NCBI GenBank assembly: GCA_964057225.1
Contig: OZ059898.1
Span: 17,298,001-17,362,000, forward strand
Reading direction: 5' to 3'
Source: Auanema rhodensis
Taxonomy: Eukaryota; Animalia; Nematoda
Length of the DNA stretch: 64,000 nt
Part shown: positions 56,800 to 64,000 of the stretch, one piece after another
Position numbering within the stretch: the stretch's first letter is position 1
Layout: each line of letters starts with the position of its first letter
Notes under the pieces: model-generated
What the model was told of the DNA's origin: nothing
What the model saw: only the letters and a program-made list of their open reading frames with translations
Databases searched by the model: none
Position numbers and translations under genes: made by a program

Positions 56800-59700
56800 C
56801 GAAAAAATTTTTGTCAAAATGTTTTTGGAAGCAATGTTGAGTGTACATGGAAACTCAACATACACTAATGCATCATTTTTCAAACGTTCATAACTAATTT
56901 TTGTATTCAGCGTTTCTCAATGTAGTATAGTGCATTTGATGCGGATTTTTAAGCTGCGTCGATCTGTGTTATCAGATTTGCGCTAGCTTAAAAATGCACC
57001 GAGATATCAACTGATATAAGTTCACACTTATATCCTCGATTTTCACCCTGAAGAATTAATTTTTTCGTTGAATAACATTGTCCATCGTCTTTGCCTTGAA
57101 AAAAAGAATCTAAAAACATCTACTTTTTGCTAAATTATTTTGAAATTTTTCGAAAAAATTTTTGTCAAAATGTTTTTGGAAGCAATGTTGAGTGTACATG
57201 GAAACTCAACATACACTAATGCATCATTTTTCAAACGATCATAACTAATTTTTGTATTAAGCGTTTCTCAATGTAGTATAGTGCATTCGATGCGGATTTT
57301 TAAGCTGCGTCGATCTGTGTTATCAGATTTGCGCTAGCTTAAAAATGCACCGAGATATCAACTGATATAAGTTCACACTTATATCCTCGATTTTCACCCT
57401 GAAGAATTAATTTTTTCGTTGAATAACATTGTCCATCGTCTTTGCCTTGAAAAAAAGAATCTAAAAACATCTACTTTTTGCTAAATTATTTTGAAATTTT
57501 TCGAAAAAATTTTTGTCAAAATGTTTTTGGAAGCAATGTTGAGTGTACATGGAAACTCAACATACACTAATGCATCATTTTTCAAACGTTCATAACTAAT
57601 TTTTGTATTCAGCGTTTCTCAATGTAGTATAGTGCATTTGATGCGGATTTTTAAGCTGCGTCGATCTGTGTTATCAGATTTGCGCTAGCTTAAAAATGCA
57701 CCGAGATATCAACTGATATAAGTTCACACTTATATCCTCGATTTTCACCTTGAAGAATTAATTTTTTCGTTGAATAACATTGTCCATCGTCTTTGCCTTG
57801 AAAAAAGGAATCTAAAAACATCTACTTTTTGCTAAATTATTTTGAAATTTTTCGAAAAAATTTTTGTCAAAATGTTTTTGGAAGCAATGTTGAGTGTACA
57901 TGGAAACTCAACATACACTAATGCATCATTTTTCAAACGTTCATAACTAATTTTGTATTCAGCGTTTCTCAATGTAGTATAGTGCATTTGATGCGGATTT
58001 TTAAGCTGCGTCGATCTGTCTTATCAGATTTGCGCTAGTTTAAAAATGCACCGAGATATCAACTGATATAAGTTCACACTTATATCCTCGATTTTCACCC
58101 TGAAGAATTAATTTTTTCGTTGAATAACATTGTCCATCGTCTTTGCCTTGAAAAAAGGAATCTAAAAACATTTACTTTTTGCTAAATTATTCTGAAATTT
58201 TTCGAAAAAATTTTTGTCAAAATGTTTTTGGAAGCAATGTTGAGTGTACATGGAAACTCAACATACACTAATGCATCATTTTTCAAACGTTCATAACTAA
58301 TTTTTGTATTCAGCGTTTCTCAATGTAGTATAGTGCATTTGATGCGGATTTTTAAGCTGCGTCGATCTGTGTTATCAGATTTGCGCTAGCTTAAAAATGC
58401 ACCGAGATATCAACTGATATAAGTTCACACTTATATCCTCGATTTTCACCTTGAAGAATTAATTTTTTCGTTGAATAACATTGTCCATCGTCTTTGCCTT
58501 GAAAAAAGGAATCTAAAAACATCTACTTTTTGCTAAATTATTTTGAAATTTTTCGAAAAAATTTTTGTCAAAATGTTTTTGGAAGCAATGTTGAGTGTAC
58601 ATGGAAACTCAACATACACTAATGCATCATTTTTCAAACGTTCATAACTAATTTTTGTATTCAGCGTTTCTCAATGTAGTATAGTGCATTTGATGCGGAT
58701 TTTTAAGCTGCGTCGATCTGTGTTATCAGATTTGCGCTAGCTTAAAAATGCACCGAGATATCAACTGATATAAGTTCACACTTATATCCTCGATTTTCAC
58801 CCTGAAGAATTAATTTTTTCGTTGAATAACATTGTCCATCGTCTTTGCCTTGAAAAAAAGAATCTAAAAACATCTACTTTTTGCTAAATTATTTTGAAAT
58901 TTTTCGAAAAAATTTTTGTCAAAATGTTTTTGGAAGCAATGTTGAGTGTACATGGAAACTCAACATACACTAATGCATCATTTTTCAAACGATCATAACT
59001 AATTTTTGTATTAAGCGTTTCTCAATGTAGTATAGTGCATTCGATGCGGATTTTTAAGCTGCGTCGATCTGTGTTATCAGATTTGCGCTAGCTTAAAAAT
59101 GCACCGAGATATCAACTGATATAAGTTCACACTTATATCCTCGATTTTCACCCTGAAGAATTAATTTTTTCGTTGAATAACATTGTCCATCGTCTTTGCC
59201 TTGAAAAAAAGAATCTAAAAACATCTACTTTTTGCTAAATTATTTTGAAATTTTTCGAAAAAATTTTTGTCAAAATGTTTTTGGAAGCAATGTTGAGTGT
59301 ACATGGAAACTCAACATACACTAATGCATCATTTTTCAAACGTTCATAACTAATTTTTGTATTCAGCGTTTCTCAATGTAGTATAGTGCATTTGATGCGG
59401 ATTTTTAAGCTGCGTCGATCTGTGTTATCAGATTTGCGCTAGCTTAAAAATGCACCGAGATATCAACTGATATAAGTTCACACTTATATCCTCGATTTTC
59501 ACCTTGAAGAATTAATTTTTTCGTTGAATAACATTGTCCATCGTCTTTGCCTTGAAAAAAGGAATCTAAAAACATCTACTTTTTGCTAAATTATTTTGAA
59601 ATTTTTCGAAAAAATTTTTGTCAAAATGTTTTTGGAAGCAATGTTGAGTGTACATGGAAACTCAACATACACTAATGCATCATTTTTCAAACGTTCATAA

Positions 59701-60560
59701 CTAATTTTTGTATTCAGCGTTTCTCAATGTAGTATAGTGCATTTGATGCGGATTTTTAAGCTGCGTCGATCTGTCTTATCAGATTTGCGCTAGTTTAAAA
59801 ATGCACCGAGATATCAACTGATATAAGTTCACACTTATATCCTCGATTTTCACCCTGAAGAATTAATTTTTTCGTTGAATAACATTGTCCATCGTCTTTG
59901 CCTTGAAAAAAGGAATCTAAAAACATTTACTTTTTGCTAAATTATTCTGAAATTTTTCGAAAAAATTTTTGTCAAAATGTTTTTGGAAGCAATGTTGAGT
60001 GTACATGGAAACTCAACATACACTAATGCATCATTTTTCAAACGTTCATAACTAATTTTTGTATTCAGCGTTTCTCAATGTAGTATAGTGCATTTGATGC
60101 GGATTTTTAAGCTGCGTCGATCTGTGTTATCAGATTTGCGCTAGCTTAAAAATGCACCGAGATATCAACTGATATAAGTTCACACTTATATCCTCGATTT
60201 TCACCTTGAAGAATTAATTTTTTCGTTGAATAACATTGTCCATCGTCTTTGCCTTGAAAAAAGGAATCTAAAAACATCTACTTTTTGCTAAATTATTTTG
60301 AAATTTTTCGAAAAAATTTTTGTCAAAATGTTTTTGGAAGCAATGTTGAGTGTACATGGAAACTCAACATACACTAATGCATCATTTTTCAAACGTTCAT
60401 AACTAATTTTTGTATTCAGCGTTTCTCAATGTAGTATAGTGCATTTGATGCGGATTTTTAAGCTGCGTCGATCTGTGTTATCAGATTTGCGCTAGCTTAA
60501 AAATGCACCGAGATATCAACTGATATAAGTTCACACTTATATCCTCGATTTTCACCCTGA
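56800..60560. repeat. 5-monomer tandem duplication (1755 bp unit)
   Basis: CTGTC 58020/59775; CACCTTG 57750/59504 and 58451/60206; AAAAAAGAAT pairs at the same offset. Confidence 0.85.
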
Positions 60561-63500
60561 AGAAATAATTTTTTCGTTGAATAACATTGTCCATCGTCTT
60601 TGCCTTGAAAAAAGGAATCTAAAAACATTTACTTTTTGCTAAATTATTCTGAAATTTTTCGAAAAAATTTTTGTCAAAATGTTTTTGGAAGCAATGTTGA
60701 GTGTACATGGAAACTCAACATACACTAATGCACCATTTTTCAAACGATCATAACTAATTTTTGTATTAAGCGTTTCTCAATGTAGTATAGTGCATTCGAT
60801 GCGGATTTTTAAGCTGCGTCGATCTGTGTTATCAGATTTGCGCTAGCTTAAAAATGCACCGAGATATCAACTGATATAAGTTCACACTTATATCCTCGAT
60901 TTTCACCCTGAAGAATTAATTTTTTCGTTGAATAACATTGTCCATCGTCTTTGCCTTGAAAAAAGGAATCTAAAAACATCTACTTTTTGCTAAATTATTT
61001 TGAAATTTTTCGAAAAAATTTTTGTCAAAATGTTTTTGGAAGCAATGTTGAGTGTACATGGAAACTCAACATACACTAATGCATCATTTTTCAAACAATC
61101 ATAACTAATTTTTGTATTAAGCGTTTCTCAATGTAGTATAGTGCATTTGATGCGGATTTTTAAGCTGCGTCGATCTGTGTTATCAGATTTGCGCTAGTTT
61201 AAAAATGCACCGAGATATCAACTGATATAAGTTCACACTTATATCCTCGATTTTCACCCTGAAGAATTAATTTTTTCGTTGAATAACATTGTCCATCGTC
61301 TTTGCCTTGAAAAAAGGAATCTAAAAACATTTACTTTTTGCTAAATTATTCTGAAATTTTTCGAAAAAATTTTTGTCAAAATGTTTTTGGAAGCAATGTT
61401 GAGTGTACATGGAAACTCAACATACACTAATGCATCATTTTTCAAACGATCATAACTAATTTTTGTATTAAGCGTTTCTCAATGTAGTATAGTGCATTCG
61501 ATGCGGATTTTTAAGCTGCGTCGATCTGTGTTATCAGATTTGCGCTAGCTTAAAAATGCACCGAGATATCAACTGATATAAGTTCACACTTATATCCTCG
61601 ATTTTCACCCTGAAGAATTAATTTTTTCGTTGAATAACATTGTCCATCGTCTTTGCCTTGAAAAAAGGAATCTAAAAACATTTACTTTTTGCTAAATTAT
61701 TCTGAAATTTTTCGAAAAAATTTTTGTCAAAATGTTTTTGGAAGCAATGTTGAGTGTACATGGAAACTCAACATACACTAATGCATCATTTTTCAAACGA
61801 TCATAACTAATTTTTGTATTAAGCGTTTCTCAATGTAGTATAGTGCATTCGATGCGGATTTTTAAGCTGCGTCGATCTGTGTTATCAGATTTGCGCTAGC
61901 TTAAAAATGCACCGAGATATCAACTGATATAAGTTCACACTTATATCCTCGATTTTCACCCTGAAGAATTAATTTTTTCGTTGAATAACATTGTCCATCG
62001 TCTTTGCCTTGAAAAAAAGAATCTAAAAACATCTACTTTTTGCTAAATTATTTTGAAATTTTTCGAAAAAATTTTTGTCAAAATGTTTTTGGAAGCAATG
62101 TTGAGTGTACATGGAAACTCAACATACACTAATGCATCATTTTTCAAACGTTCATAACTAATTTTTGTATTCAGCGTTTCTCAATGTAGTATAGTGCATT
62201 CGATGCGGATTTTTAAGCTGCGTCGATCTGTGTTATCAGATTTGCGCTAGCTTAAAAATGCACCGAGATATCAACTGATATAAGTTCACACTTATATCCT
62301 CGATTTTCACCCTGAAGAATTAATTTTTTCGTTGAATAACATTGTCCATCGTCTTTGCCTTGAAAAAAAGAATCTAAAAACATCTACTTTTTGCTAAATT
62401 ATTTTGAAATTTTTCGAAAAAATTTTTGTCAAAATGTTTTTGGAAGCAATGTTGAGTGTACATGGAAACTCAACATACACTAATGCATCATTTTTCAAAC
62501 GTTCATAACTAATTTTTGTATTCAGCGTTTCTCAATGTAGTATAGTGCATTCGATGCGGATTTTTAAGCTGCGTCGATCTGTGTTATCAGATTTGCGCTA
62601 GCTTAAAAATGCACCGAGATATCAACTGATATAAGTTCACACTTATATCCTCGATTTTCACCCTGAAGAAATAATTTTTTCGTTGAATAACATTGTCCAT
62701 CGTCTTTGCCTTGAAAAAAGGAATCTAAAAACATTTACTTTTTGCTAAATTATTCTGAAATTTTTCGAAAAAATTTTTGTCAAAATGTTTTTGGAAGCAA
62801 TGTTGAGTGTACATGGAAACTCAACATACACTAATGCATCATTTTTCAAACGATCATAACTAATTTTTGTATTAAGCGTTTCTCAATGTAGTATAGTGCA
62901 TTCGATGCGGATTTTTAAGCTGCGTCGATCTGTGTTATCAGATTTGCGCTAGCTTAAAAATGCACCGAGATATCAACTGATATAAGTTCACACTTATATC
63001 CTCGATTTTCACCCTGAAGAATTAATTTTTTCGTTGAATAACATTGTCCATCGTCTTTGCCTTGAAAAAAGGAATCTAAAAACATTTACTTTTTGCTAAA
63101 TTATTCTGAAATTTTTCGAAAAAATTTTTGTCAAAATGTTTTTGGAAGCAATGTTGAGTGTACATGGAAACTCAACATACACTAATGCATCATTTTTCAA
63201 ACGATCATAACTAATTTTTGTATTAAGCGTTTCTCAATGTAGTATAGTGCATTCGATGCGGATTTTTAAGCTGCGTCGATCTGTGTTATCAGATTTGCGC
63301 TAGCTTAAAAATGCACCGAGATATCAACTGATATAAGTTCACACTTATATCCTCGATTTTCACCCTGAAGAAATAATTTTTTCGTTGAATAACATTGTCC
63401 ATCGTCTTTGCCTTGAAAAAAGGAATCTAAAAACATCTACTTTTTGCTAAATTATTTTGAAATTTTTCGAAAACATTTTTGTCAAAATGTTTTTGGAAGC

Positions 63501-64000
63501 AATGTTGAGTGTACATGGAAACTCGACATACACTAATGCATCATTTTTCAAACAATCATAACTAATTTTTGTATTAAGCGTTTCTCAATGTAGTATAGTG
63601 CATTTGATGCGGATTTTTAAGCTGCGTCGATCTGTGTTATCAGATTTGCGCTAGTTTAAAAATGCACCGAAATATCAACTGATATAAGTTCACACTTATA
63701 TCCTCGATTTTCACCCTGAAGAATTAATTTTTTCGTTGAATAACATTGTCCATCGTCTTTGCCTTGAAAAACGAAATCTGAAAACATCTACTTTTTGCTA
63801 AATTATTTTGAAATTTTTCGAAAAAATTTTTGTCAAAATGTTTTTGGAAGCAATGATGAGTGTACATGGAAACTCAACATACACTAATGCATCATTTTTC
63901 AAACGTTCATAACTAATTTTTGTATTCAGCGTTTCTTAATGTAGTATAGTGCATTTGATGCGGATTTTTAAGCTGCGTCGATCTGTGTTATCAGATTTGC

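Larger units (their letters stand above)
1..64000. repeat. Tandem satellite DNA array, 351-bp monomer, ~182.3 copies
   Basis: TGCATCATTTTTCAAACG recurs at 1, 352, 703, 1054 and onward to 63888. The phase 1+351(n-1) holds across the window apart from four length changes: -1 at ~4332, -1 at ~5735, +8 at ~16863 and -1 at ~57951. The array runs off both ends. Confidence 0.99.

Noticed and set aside
57951-57954. 1-bp deletion in a T run
   Set aside because: It is a singleton in a homopolymer and absent from the duplicate monomer at ~59705, so it is a likely sequencing error or trivial slippage.
1-64000. CRISPR array or repeat-spacer system
   Set aside because: There are no unique spacers, the entire 351 bp repeats, and no cas genes are present.

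Overview
The whole 64 kb window is one uninterrupted head-to-tail satellite DNA array with a 351-bp monomer that is about 31% GC by hand count. It holds 182 complete copies plus a 113-bp partial copy starting at 63888, all in the same orientation. I found no gene, RNA gene, transposase or CRISPR array, and the four 75-aa ORFs are chance read-throughs of satellite variants. Monomer length, AT richness and lack of CpG depletion fit a eukaryotic, probably invertebrate, (peri)centromeric or heterochromatic satellite; this is inference and the organism cannot be named. Two layers of structure stand out. First, the monomer is packed with dyad symmetries: a 51-nt hairpin, two 9-bp stems, a TTTTTCGAAAAA palindrome and a ~120-bp nested dyad. 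Second, diagnostic SNPs record a layered history: local 3-, 4-, 5-, 6- and 10-monomer duplications, an A/B dimer higher-order repeat that collapses into a recombinant monomer, a ~70-monomer segmental duplication, and one complex +8 bp indel that looks templated. All comparisons were made by eye and should be confirmed by alignment. I see no evidence of a new protein-coding system.
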